Below are positions 36,581 to 48,676 of a stretch of DNA of 48,915 nt, in pieces; positions within the stretch are counted from its first letter, which is position 1, and each line of letters opens with the position of its first letter. Source of the stretch: Octopus bimaculoides. Taxonomy: Eukaryota. Location of the stretch: the NCBI RefSeq assembly GCF_001194135.2, contig NC_068991.1, positions 72,326,374 through 72,375,288 of the forward strand, given 5' to 3'. The notes below the pieces were generated by a model, which worked only from the letters and a program-made list of their open reading frames with translations, made no database searches and was not told the DNA's origin. The translations under genes and the position numbers were made by a program.

Positions 36581-36932
36581 TATGTGATGGGATTCCATAA
36601 AGTTTCTGTGTACTGAATCCACCCCAAAAAAAAAACAAAAAGAAAATAATTTGAAAACTATATTCAATTAAAAAAGATGAAAGAAATTCAGTAGTTGCTA
36701 TAGATTTCATTTCTTTATAACAAAAAAAAAAGCCATTTAATCAAAGTATGGCATTATATTAACCCTGTGATGCCTTCTGTTAAGAATTCTTAATGCTTCA
36801 AATGCGAAAATCGATAGCTTGGACATGTTCTAAGAATTCTTTAACATTTGAACATTTGCATGTAAGAATTCTTAATATATGGCAGCTGTTCCAGAATTAT
36901 TGGCAGAGGAATTATATTTATGTATGGTTAGG

Positions 36933-37082
36933 CGTAGGCATGGCTGTGTGGTAAGACATTTTCTTTCCAATATCATGGCCCTGGGTTCAGTCCCACTGTG
37001 TGGTACCTTGAGAAAGCATCTTCCACAGTAGCCTCAGGCTATAATGGGTTTGGTTGACAGAAACTGAAAGAATCCCATTATA
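36933..37082 (+). mobile_element. SINE-A head half
   Basis: Matches the SINE-A head. Confidence 0.75.
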
Positions 37083-37305
37083 TGTGTGTGTGTGTGCATG
37101 TGCACATGTGTATCTTTGTGACTGAGTTTGTCCTCCACCACCTCTTGACAACTGATGTCACCTAAAAAGCACCTGGTACATTCTATAAAGTGACTGGCAT
37201 TAAGAAAACCATCTATCCATAGAAATAATGCCAAAGATGATATTCGTGCCTGGTACAGCAGTTCCCTATCCAACCATCCAACTCATGCCAGTATGGTAAG
37301 TATTA

Positions 37306-37556
37306 TCGTCATCATTTAATGTCCGCTTTCCATGCTAGCATGGGTTGGACGATTTGACTGCGGACTGGCAAAACGGATGGCTACACCAGACATCAATCTG
37401 ATTTGGCAGAGTTTCTACAGTTGGATGCCCTTTCTAATGCCAATCATTCCGAGAGTGTAGCGGGTGCTTTTTATGTGCCACCGGCATGAGGGCCAGTCCG
37501 GCGGTACTGGCAACAGCCACGCTCAAAATGGTGTTTTTTATGTGCCACCTGCACAG
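37306..37556 (-). mobile_element. family C element
   Basis: Conserved 3' domain plus subrepeats. Confidence 0.85.
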
Positions 37557-37558
37557 GA

Positions 37559-37614
<56 letters not shown>

Positions 37615-37832
37615 TGAGTATATGCATATATATGTACATGTATGTACATACCTTCATCTACATGTGTATATAGATGCATATCTGAGTACATGACGTTGCA
37701 AACAAAACAGACAAAATGAGGAACAGAGCACAGAAAACACACAAGCCACATAGAGAAGATTTCCTTCATCAGCTGCCACCATTATAACACTGGCGTTTCG
37801 AAGAGTTAGGGCTGGACGCATATATATATAGG

Positions 37833-38190
37833 TGTAGGTGTGTTTAAGAAGCTTGCTTCCCAACCACATGGTTCTTGGGCAAGTGTCTTCTACTATAGCC
37901 TTGGGCTGACCAAAGCCTTGTGAGTGGATTTGGTAGACGGAAACTGAAAGAAGCCTGTCATATATATATATATATATTTGTGTGTCTGTGTCTGTGTTTG
38001 TCCCCCCCACCATTGCTTGACAACAGATGCTCTTTGTAACTTAGCGGTTCGGCAAAAGAGACCGATAGAATAAGTACTAGGCTTACAAAGAATAAGTCCT
38101 GGGGGGGGGGGGGTTCGATCTGTTCGACTAAAGGTGGTGCTCCAGCATGGCCACAATCAAATGACTGAAAACAAGTGAAAGAATAAAAGA
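37833..38190 (+). mobile_element. SINE-A with internal deletions
   Basis: Head-to-tail modules present. Confidence 0.88.
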
Positions 38191-38230
38191 ATATATATAT
38201 GCATAATATATTTGCTTCAGTAAGTTTTGT

Positions 38231-38305
38231 CTAACCCTTGCCACAATCATAAAATGGATGTTGATACGACATGATGTGGTTGATATTCCTGATGGTGGTG
38301 ATGAT

Positions 38306-38343
<38 letters not shown>

Positions 38344-38466
38344 ATGTCTTAATTCGACATATTCCTTACTCCTTACCCTGAAATAAACCGAAAAAAAGAA
38401 ACCCCCAACTAAATAAATATTTTTATTTCCTGCATATTGATAATAATTTCGGTATTAAAGAGTTAA
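38231..38466. mobile_element. putative piggyBac-like MITE
   Basis: Ends CTAACCCTT ... AAGAGTTAA, i.e. decayed TTAA|CCCT...AGGG|TTAA. Confidence 0.4.
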
Positions 38467-38714
38467 GGCGAGGCAGCGGTTATATTAGTGGCCTTAGTCC
38501 ATGTAACAGGAAATTGATATCGTATCCGACTATGGAACATATGTTCCAACAATCTTCGTGAATAATTGATAATTGAATCTGCAGAATTATTCGGTTTATG
38601 CAATTATAGACTGCGTAAGCATTGAAAAGCTGAGATAAATATGTTAACCCATTTCATTCTGTCTACCTGAGATTAACTCTGCTTCCATGATATGAAAATT
38701 GTTTTTTAAAGATG

Positions 38715-38850
38715 GTGAATTGGCAGAGTTGTTAAGAGTGTTGGATTGAATGCCTAATGACATTTGTTCTGGCTTGCTAAGCTCTGAGTTCAAATGCCAG
38801 TGTAGTCAGCTTTGCCTTTTATCTTTTTGGGCTTTGATAAAACAGTACAA
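38715..38850 (+). mobile_element. SINE-B 5' part (old)
   Basis: TGAATTGGCAGAG...GAGTTCAAAT...TTTGCCTTTTATC. Confidence 0.65.
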
Positions 38851-39922
38851 ATACAGGTCGATGGACTAGCAGGACTTTTGGAAGGTTGGGTGAGATGTCT
38901 TGCAATATCTGCTCCAGTTCTTTGTATTCTGACAGTAGCACCTGGGATGACTCTGGTGCCAAACTTATTGGTCCGAGTTGGCAGCCTTTCTCTTGGGTAA
39001 ACATTAGTGGCATGGAGAGGGATGAATTTTATTTATGAGCAACTGCTAGTTTTCCTCAAAAACATGTTGCCCAGGCCAGGCTTGCTTATACATGTGCAGG
39101 TTTGTGGTCAACGTTGACCAGCAGAGGCCCTACAGTGAAGTATGATTCATTACAATGTGACCAAGGCCAGATTAAGACCTATAGAGGCTCTAAGCACTTA
39201 AAAGGTTTTGGTGCCCCCAAGTATATGTAAATAGTTCAAAATGTAAACAATAATGATCCATAAAGTAAATTTTTATTTTTTAAAGAAGAAGGGGTATACA
39301 CTTTATGTTGCATGTCTCGTTTCTCTGTTTGTTTTTTCGTTGTTCGAAAAAAAGTTCGTTTTCTATGTTTTCGTTTCTCATTGTGTTTAACGTCTTTTTG
39401 ACATCCTGTACCCATATATGCATGTATATATACATATATATGTAGGTATGTACATATATGTATGGATATATGCATATATTTATATATTATTTATATTATA
39501 TATATATATATATATATACACATATATATAAATATATATAAAGCATGATTTATTTGTGATCAGAGTTGTCCAGAAGACATGTAAGGCTCATAGATAACAT
39601 GTCAAATAATACTGTGCAGAAAGAAGTGATTAATGGTTGTAAGGAGATTAGTATGATTGTAGGTAAAGGAAAACTTAAAATGTGGATGACTTTAGAATTT
39701 TAAAATTCTTCACACTTTTGATAGCAATTCACTTAAGACCGCCTTGGGTTCTATGATACAAACTTCCTGTTCTAAAATAATCTACATTAAAACTTTCCAC
39801 GAAAATTCCACGTTAATTTATGTGCTAAACATCAGCTTGATAATGACAAATTTGTTTCACTAAAATCTTCAATATTTTCAAAATTAATTGATTGAAACAA
39901 GCTGTTTATTTTAGCAGGAATA

Positions 39923-39961
39923 TTGTTGTTGTTGTTGTTACTGCTGCTGTTGCTGCTGCTG

Positions 39962-40014
<53 letters not shown>

Positions 40015-40047
40015 TCTTCTTCTTCTTCTTCTTCACCGTCATCATCA
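39923..40047. repeat. graded trinucleotide array GTT-GCT-ACT-TCT-TCA
   Basis: Directly visible. Confidence 0.95.
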
Positions 40048-40412
40048 TTTACCATCCACTTTCCATGCTGGCATGGGTTGGATGGTTTAACAGGCCGGCA
40101 AGGCCAGAATCCACACCAGGTTCCATAGTCTATTTTGGCACGGTTTCTACAGCTGGATGCCCTTCCTAATGCCAACCACTTTACAGCATGTATTGAGTGC
40201 TTTTTTACATAGCACCAACACCAGTGCTTTTCACGTGGTACCATCACCAGTGCATTTCATGTGGCATTTGCACCAGTGCTTTTTACTGCTTTTCATGTGG
40301 CACCCACACCAGTGCTTTTATTGTTTTTTATATGGCACCAACACCAATGCGTCTTACTGCTTTTTATGCAGCACCAGCACCAGTGCATTTTATATGGCAC
40401 CACCATGAGTGC
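40036..40412 (-). mobile_element. family C element with degenerate internal minisatellite
   Basis: 3' domain, then CACCAACACCAGTGCTTTT-like repeats at 40195-40412. Confidence 0.8.
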
Positions 40413-40466
40413 TTTTTGCTACAAAAGAGTTAAATGACACGTGGGAAAAAAATTTGTTATGCCAGT

Positions 40467-41383
40467 GGGTGTAACCAACCCACTTATGAATACCCCTCAT
40501 TCATTGGACAATAAAGACCTATTGAAGCAAGTGAAATCAAAATCAAAATCGCTGACATGGCCGATGACAGTACCGCCTGATTGGCACTCGTGCCAGTGAA
40601 ACGTTAAAAGCACATCCGAACATGGGGTGTAACCAGCCCACTTATGAGTACCCCTCGTTCATTGGACAGTAAACTTTGCTTGTGAAGACCTGTTGAGGCA
40701 AGTGAAATCAAATTCAAATCACTGACGTGGCCAATGATAGTACCACCTGATTGGCACTCGTGCCAGGGGGATGTTAAAAGCACATCCGAACGTGGAGTGT
40801 AACCACCCCACTTATGAGTACTCCTCATTCATTGGACAATAAACTTTGCTTGTGAAGACCTATTGAGGCAAGTGAAATCAAAATCAAAATCGCTGACGTG
40901 ATCGATGACAGTACCGCCTGATTGGCACTCATGCCAGTGGAATGTTAAAAGCACATCTGAGCATGATCGTTGCCAGGGCCATGAATTGGCTCCCATGCTG
41001 GTGGCACATGAAAAGCACCATTTAAGCGTGATCATTGCCAGAGTCGTCCTACAGCACATGTGCCGGTGGCATGTGAAAAACAACATTTGAGCATGGTCAT
41101 TGCCAGTGCTGCCGGACTGGCTCCCATGCAGGTAACAAGTAAAAAACACTTTTTGAGCATGGTTGTTGCCAGAACCGCCTGACTGGCCTTCGTGCTGGTG
41201 GCACATACAAAACACCCACTACACTCTCAGAGTGGTTGGCATTAAGAAGGGCATCCAGCTGTAGAAACTTTGCCAGAAACTTTGCCTGGTGCAGCCTCTG
41301 GCTCACCAATCCTCAGTCAAACTGTCCAACCCATGCCAGCATGGAAAGCGGATGTTAAACAATGATGATGATGATGATGATGT
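40467..41383 (+). mobile_element. long family C element with triplicated ~170-bp 5' unit
   Basis: Units start at 40467, 40625 and 40795, followed by subrepeats, the 3' domain and a (GAT)n tail. Confidence 0.88.
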
Positions 41384-41864
41384 TACATGCAGCATATAAC
41401 AGAGGAAACTGTGCAATTCTGATTTAGGTTTCTTAATTTCCATTTAAAGAATTTTCTTCATTTTGTTATTATCCAATTTGCATTTCACTCTGTTGGATAC
41501 AAAGTCTGTAGAATTTAGAAATTTCAGTATAATTCCATGAAAGCTTTGTTCTTGATAAGGTTTATTAATCTGTTAGTTTACTACAATAAGTTTAATTAGC
41601 TGACTGTAATCCTTTTCTCTGAAAAAACTCCAAACAAAACAGATATGAGCAGCTGCTTGTATTTAGTATTTCAAAGTTGCGGCAATAACCAAATTCATTT
41701 CTAGAGTTATTTGTCTAATTAACTTCATTACAGATATTTTTTTTCTTTCTACACTTTTCTTCACTGCTGATCCACATTTTCGTCTTAGCCATTATTTTTC
41801 CTACTGGTGCTTTCTAAAACTCCAGGATTCCACGAGAGGTTCTTTTATAACCATTATCTTTTAT

Positions 41865-42043
41865 CTTTCACTCCTTTCAATCGTTAGACTGTGACCTTGC
41901 TGGGGCACCACCTTGCTGGGGCACCACCTTGAAGGGGCTAGTCGAGCAAATTGACCCCAGTGCTTATTTTTAAGGGCTGACACTTATTCCATGGACCTCT
42001 TTTGCCAAACTGCTAACTTACAAGGATGTAAAGAAACCAACAA
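41865..42043 (-). mobile_element. SINE-A 3' half with 16-bp internal duplication
   Basis: CCTTGCTGGGGCACCA x2. Confidence 0.72.
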
Positions 42044-42052
42044 AATATACAT

Positions 42053-42105
<53 letters not shown>

Positions 42106-42557
42106 CTCTTTACTCTTTTACTCTTTTACTTGTTTCAGTCATTTGACTGTGGCCATGCTGGAGCACCACCTTGAAGGGCTTTTAGTCGAAGAAAATCGAC
42201 CCCAGGATTTATTCTTTGTATGCCTAATACTTATTCTTTTAGTTTCTTTTGACAAACTGATAAGTTACAGGAATGTAAACACACCTACACCAGTTGTTGG
42301 GGACAAAGACACACACACACACACACACAGAGATAAATACACAGACATACACACACATAGACACACACACACACACACGCACACACACACATATGGTAGG
42401 CTTCTTTGAGTTTCTTCTACCACATCCACTCACAAGGCTTTAGTTGGCCTGAAGCTATAGCAGAGGACACTTACCCAAAGTGTCATGCAGTAGGACTGAA
42501 CCCAGAACCATGTGTTTGGGAAGCAAGTTTCTTGCCACACAGCCATGCCTGCGCCTG
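42106..42557 (-). mobile_element. SINE-A, full length
   Basis: Full modules with (ACTCTTTT)n tail. Confidence 0.9.
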
Positions 42558-43289
42558 TATATGGTATAATGGTTTTTAATTCAAATAAGACCACCCTGAC
42601 ATGAAATTTTGTTTTGTTTTTCAAGACCCAAAGGTGGTTTCAGAGTTAAGTGAATAGTTTTGAAGAATACCTGGCTTGGGGTGGTTGACCATTAATTCAG
42701 TTCTACACTCTTGCAAATAATCTTCTGGTATTTTGGCATTTTAGTTCTGATATATTCTTTTACTCTTACACTTCAGGTTATGATGATATTGTCATTGTTA
42801 TCTGAAGTGTTTGCTATAAGAATGGTAGTTCTTATAGAATCGATATATTGTCAATATGAGACTCAATATATACATCGTGCTGAGTGAGTTGGAATGCCAT
42901 GCTTATAGAAATCAAAGAGGATAATATTCTTCTTTGCAAGATACAGACTGAAAAGTATTTATTGTTAAAGAACAAACAACCCTGTGGATGATGTTTTCCT
43001 TACAAGTCAAACCTCAACGTGCTGACCTAAAATCAAATACTTCCAGCTTTGACCGTCCAGTTTTCTTTCTATGCATATTTCTAAGAAGGTTTGTGGCTTA
43101 GTGATTAGGCCATTGGACTCATGATTATAAGACCATGAGTTCATTCCCCACACCAGACACTACATTTAATTCTTTGGACAAGGCTTCTTATTTTTACGTG
43201 GCTCTAATTCACTGTATGGAGAATAAATTATGTCTTTTCTTTAGCAATGTGTTGCAGACTATTTGCCACAAATTTTGCAAATACCATTC

Positions 43290-43510
43290 ACCATCATCAT
43301 CGTTTAATGTCTGCCTTCCATGCTAGCATGAGTGGGACAGTTTCACAAAGGCCGGCCAGGTAGAAGCCTGCACCAGACTTCTGTGACTGTTTTGGCAGGA
43401 TTTTTACAGCTGGATGCCCTTCCTGACACTAACCACTCAGCAGATTGGACTTACAGCTTTTTACGTGGCACAAACACAGGCGAGGTCAGTAGTGCTTTTT
43501 ATGTGGTACA
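43290..43510 (-). mobile_element. family C element
   Basis: CATCATCGTTTAATGTCTGCCTTCCATGC...CAGCTGGATGCCCTTCC. Confidence 0.82.
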
Positions 43511-44251
43511 ACTCATTTGATGGTAATAAATATGTATTTAGTACCTCATGATCATAAGATCGTGGGTTTGAGTTTCAGATTGGGTCGCATGCTGAGTTAT
43601 TGGGCAAAAACACTTAACTTTACCACTAGCCTACTCAGTTGGAAGTGAGTACTGAGGCAACCTTCTCTCTCGTTTATCGTCATCACATTCTGGATGTTCT
43701 GCTGGTCCAAGGGTGAGAGACACATGCAGATGTCTATGTCTGCTCATGACTACAAGGTACCTAAAATGAGTAATGAAAGCATGGTGCATGCTACCATGCT
43801 ACCAAATCATTCTCGCTTGCGAGTGACAGCAATGATTTGGTCTTCCACTACATAATCTAATGTGTTATTCCCTTTCAAGATGGTAAAGCGTAATTTGAAG
43901 GAGATTTGTCTATTATTTCTAGCAGGTTAAGCAACCATGTAGAGACTGTTATCTTTATTGGCAAATCATTGTCTGGCAGTGTTCCCTGGGGGCATTAAAA
44001 GTTTTTTGTTTAATTACCAGCAAGAGAAGAATAAAATGAAAGAGAACATTAATGTCGATTGTAATTGAGTTAGCATGTTATGGTTTCTTGGTGAATCTGT
44101 TTGCCATAGTTTGGATTGACCAGGAACCATATTTGATATTAAAATGAGGGACATGAATGATTTGTTGTGTCAAGTATTGGTCTCTTGAGTATTTTGGAGG
44201 AAAGGCAAAGAATTATGGTCTGTCTGTATTCCTTTATCCTTTTCTTTTTTT

Positions 44252-44652
44252 TCTTTTACTTGTTTCAGTCATTGGACTGCGGCCATGTTGGGGCACTGCC
44301 TTGAAGTTTTTATTTGAACAAATCAGCCCCAGAACTTATACTTGGTTTATAAGTCTGGTATTTATTCTATCGGTCTCTCTTTGCTGAACTGCTAAGTTAC
44401 AGGGGATGCAAACAAACCAATACCAGTTGTCAAGTGGTGGTGAGGGACAAACAAAAAAGCATGTATATACATACATACACATGCACATATATAGAGGATG
44501 GGCTTCCTCATAGTTTCCATCTACCAAATTCACTTGAAAACTATTTATTGGCTGAGGGTTATAGCAGTAGACACATGCTGGAGGTGTCATACAGTGGGAT
44601 TGAACCTGAAACTACGTGGTTATGAAGCAGACTTCTTAATCACACAGCCATG
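44252..44652 (-). mobile_element. SINE-A (diverged)
   Basis: Full modules. Confidence 0.82.
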
Positions 44653-45069
44653 GTCATCACTAATCCCAGGTCATCACTAATCACATAGGTCTATATACAC
44701 AGCCTTTCTAATTGTGACCATCATGTCTTTTTTGCATATTTATAACTACATTCTCCAACAAGTACACATTTTCTTTATGACAGTCAGGCATAGGTTAGTA
44801 ACAGGTGGGCTGCAGCTTGCAAGCAGGCTATTGAGTCACACTCAATGGGCCTCTAAACTTTTCTAAGAATTTTAACTTAATGTTGATATCAAGAGGGGAT
44901 GGTCATAATTGGAATGCTTGCAATTATATAAATTACTGTTTAAAAAACAGAGACACAAACATATTGTACTTTGTCTCAAAGGAATATACATACATCAGTT
45001 GCACTGTACATGAAAAATACTCAGGTTTTCTAAGAATCCAGGCGTTTTGGTGTCTCACCTCAAAATTTT

Positions 45070-45880
45070 GCAGCACACCTGTAAGCCATACACAACATAC
45101 CTATGAGCTATACACTAACACACCTGTAGAACATATGTGACACATCTGTGGACTATACACAACACAATTGTTGACAATACCTGATACACTTCTGGATTAT
45201 ACACCAATACACCTCAGACTATGTGTGACCCACCTGTGAATCATAAGTGATACAGCCATACATAATACATCTGTGAATCATACACCAAACACCTGTGGAT
45301 TATACACTGACGCGACTTGGATCATTTGTCATACACCTGTGTACCATTACCTGACATACCTGTGGACTATACTTTCAACACCTGTGGATCATATACCAAT
45401 ACACCTGTGGATCATATATCAATACACCTGTGGATGATATACAAAATACCTGTGGATTATACATTAGCACACCTTGGACTATATGCGATACACTTGTTGA
45501 TCATACATGACACGTCTGTGGACCATACAAATTACAACTGTGGACTATGTACTCACACACTTTAGACCATGTTTTACACCTGTAGACCATACACGACATA
45601 CCTGTGGATTATATACTGACACACCTGTGTCCATACGCAATTTACCTGTAGTCTATATACCAACACACCTTGAACCATATGAGACATATCTGTGGAATAT
45701 ATGTAACACAACTGTGTACTACACACTGACATACACATGAACTCTACACCAACACACCTGTTGATCATACATGACACACTTGTGGACCATGAACAACACA
45801 CCTGTAAACCTGTGGAATATATGTTATACACTTATGAACCACATGTGAGATACCTGTGAATTGGATACAACACACCTTCA
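45070..45880. repeat. degenerate ~22-bp minisatellite (consensus ~ACACCTGTGGATCATATACCAAT)
   Basis: About 35 diverged units; 12 exact CACCTG counted by eye. Confidence 0.9.
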
Positions 45881-46159
45881 TAAAACTGGCCCTGTTACTT
45901 CTTTGTCAATCCAATTTGTGGAATGTAACTAGGGATCACAATTTTTTTATATCTTTTAATCAGGAGGAAAGGTAGTGCCCCCGATGCTTTATAGGCCGTC
46001 TAATACTGGTGTGAAGGAACGTATCCTCAAACTGGGGACTTGGTCTCAATGCTTGCAACAGAGTGGATTCTGTTAAAGGTACTCAAAGGGCTATATATAT
46101 ATATATATATTTATGATGATGATGATGATGATGATATATATATATATATATATGTATAT

Positions 46160-46325
46160 ACTACGGGTTTCTTTCAGTTTCTGTCTACCAAATCCGCTTA
46201 CAAGGCTTTGGTCGGCCTGAGGCTATAGTAGAAGGCACTTACCCAAGATGCCTTGCAATGGGACTGAACCTGGAACCATGTGGCTGGGAAGCAAGGTACT
46301 TACCACACAGCCACCCCTATGCCTA
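46160..46325 (-). mobile_element. SINE-A head half
   Basis: Matches the SINE-A head. Confidence 0.82.
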
Positions 46326-47689
46326 TTGTTGAAGAATAACCAATTTATTGCACATAAATTTTAACAGCAGAATTTTATATAGACCCCCCCACCCCCACCC
46401 CAAGGGCCATAATGGACTCTGGTTGAGAATCACCTGTATACACTTATCTGAGCTGCTGTACTATATTATGTTATGTAATGGTTAGTTACAAATAGATTGT
46501 GTTTTGTTCTTTATTGTTTGGAATTATGCTAATGTGCTTTACAAGGAATTATTTTTCAATTGGTTTCTGCTGAACTTATACATTCTCTGAGAAGCTTAAA
46601 GTTATGTCGACATGAAATCAAAATTGTGTTTTGCATATGTATTTTATGTAATTTAATTTTAAATTTGTAATTAATATAAGCAAGCTTAAGAAGAGATGAA
46701 TGTATGAGCTGAAAAAGGATATTGTTGATCCAAGAGAGAGAGAAAGAGAAAGTAATAGAGAGAGAGAGAGAGAGAGTGAGAGAGAAAAAGAAAGAGTAGT
46801 ATACTATTTTAATTCTTTTTTCAAGGTTAACTAAATAATTTTTTCTGTGTCTGGTGGTAGTGCTTACAGTGGCAGGCAAAATGAAGAATGGTAACAATAG
46901 AAGTATGCTCTTCTAATGTCTTTTACATTATAATTTTCAAGTTCTCTATATTGTATTTTTCAAGTTCTTTAGATTCTATATTCTTTGAGTTCTGTTTGAA
47001 ATAAAAAGGTTGGAGAGGCTGATGCTTTCAATTCTGTCAGGATACAAGTGGCCCTCAAAAATCTCTCTGTGATTAAATTGGCCCTCAATGTAATTCGAGT
47101 TGGCCAGGCCTGGTTTAGAGCATAAATTAACATAGCATTTTGATGAAGGATTTTTAATTTAGATTACTTCAAATTATGAAATTTGTATCACAGAAAGCAG
47201 GGGCGGTCTCAAAAGCCAGGTTGGCTTCAAATAGGTTAAGGAAGACACCCACATCTCTGTAGAACATGCTGCTACTTAGGCACTAATTCAATGAGCTGGT
47301 GAAATCAGTTGATTGGCTGACCGAATTCTTATAGTGAAAACCAGCAGCGATCCATAGCTAATTCACGTTTTGTATTGAAAGTAAATGGCTGAAAGTTAGA
47401 ACCTTAATAGAAGTTGGTGCATATTGACTTCACATTAAATGACCTTGAACACAATATCTAGGACAAGATCAGAGAATGCTACTACAAAGTATGTTGGATC
47501 ACAATATACCGTGGCTTACCACTATTAATTACACAGATTGGTTTTCTCAGTAACCTTGAGCAGCTGGCTTCCACGAAGAATAGACTGCAAATGATTTCCA
47601 CATCTGAGAAAAATTATTGTCTTTTAATTAGAGTTTGAATTCTTGGTGTGTTAATTGATATTGAATTAAATAAACAAGAGACATATATA

Positions 47690-47763
47690 TATATTTACAA
47701 ATGTGTGTGTGTGTGTGTGCGTGTGTTTGTGTATGTGCATACATGCATGCATACGCGTATGCA

Positions 47764-47794
<31 letters not shown>

Positions 47795-47866
47795 GCATGT
47801 ATACACGCACACATGCACACACATACNNNNNNNNNNTACACGCACACATGCACACACATACACATA

Positions 47867-47904
<38 letters not shown>

Positions 47905-48009
47905 TGTATATACATACACAGACATACACTCAAACATGTGTGTGTGTATGTGTATATATGTATATATGTATATGTGTGTGTGTGTATATACATACATACA
48001 TACATACAT

Positions 48010-48065
<56 letters not shown>

Positions 48066-48075
48066 TATTTGTATG
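47690..48075. repeat. TG/TA/CA compound microsatellite with a 10-N gap
   Basis: Directly visible. Confidence 0.95.
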
Positions 48076-48676
48076 CATGTATATCATCATTATCATTATT
48101 TTACAATCACAGGTCTGTTCTGGCACAACATTTCGCCACTTATCACATTAATTTACCATATGATACAGGTAAAAACAGAAGAAAAACCAACAATCTGTTG
48201 TTGATGTCTGTGTTGGCAACTTTCGGCACAGATACACACACACATAGACAGACAGACAGACACAAACACACACACTTACATGTGCGCAACTGCATGCACA
48301 CACATACGAAGGAAATACTCATACTCGCACTCATATATACATAGTCTCGTTCATGTGTATGTATATACAAAACGCTTCATTTCATGTTGCTCTGCATGTG
48401 GGAAAGTGACAGAGTCATTGATATGTTCGCAGAAATGCTTTACGGTATATTCTCCAGCTCTCTACATTCTGAGTTCAAATCCCACCTGCCTGAGAAGGCA
48501 ACTGGAAACCACTCAAGTATTCAACTCGAGTCTAGTCATGATAGCCAAAGTACCAGTAATCTACTTAACAGCTGAAAAGAGGGTGTGGGCCCTGTTAGGT
48601 CATACAAAGAGTGCTGGAGAACGTTCATATGCACAGAACCTGCCCAGGGAAGACCACTGCTAGACTATATATATAT

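Noticed and set aside
41400-41870. Purine-skewed - strand stretch with few stops (similar at 11560-11990 and 30960-31130)
   Set aside because: Frames are interrupted by stops and show no recognisable domain; could be compositional skew.
40467-45880. Repeat arrays superficially like CRISPR
   Set aside because: The context is eukaryotic, the units are degenerate tandem copies without unique spacers, and no cas genes are present.
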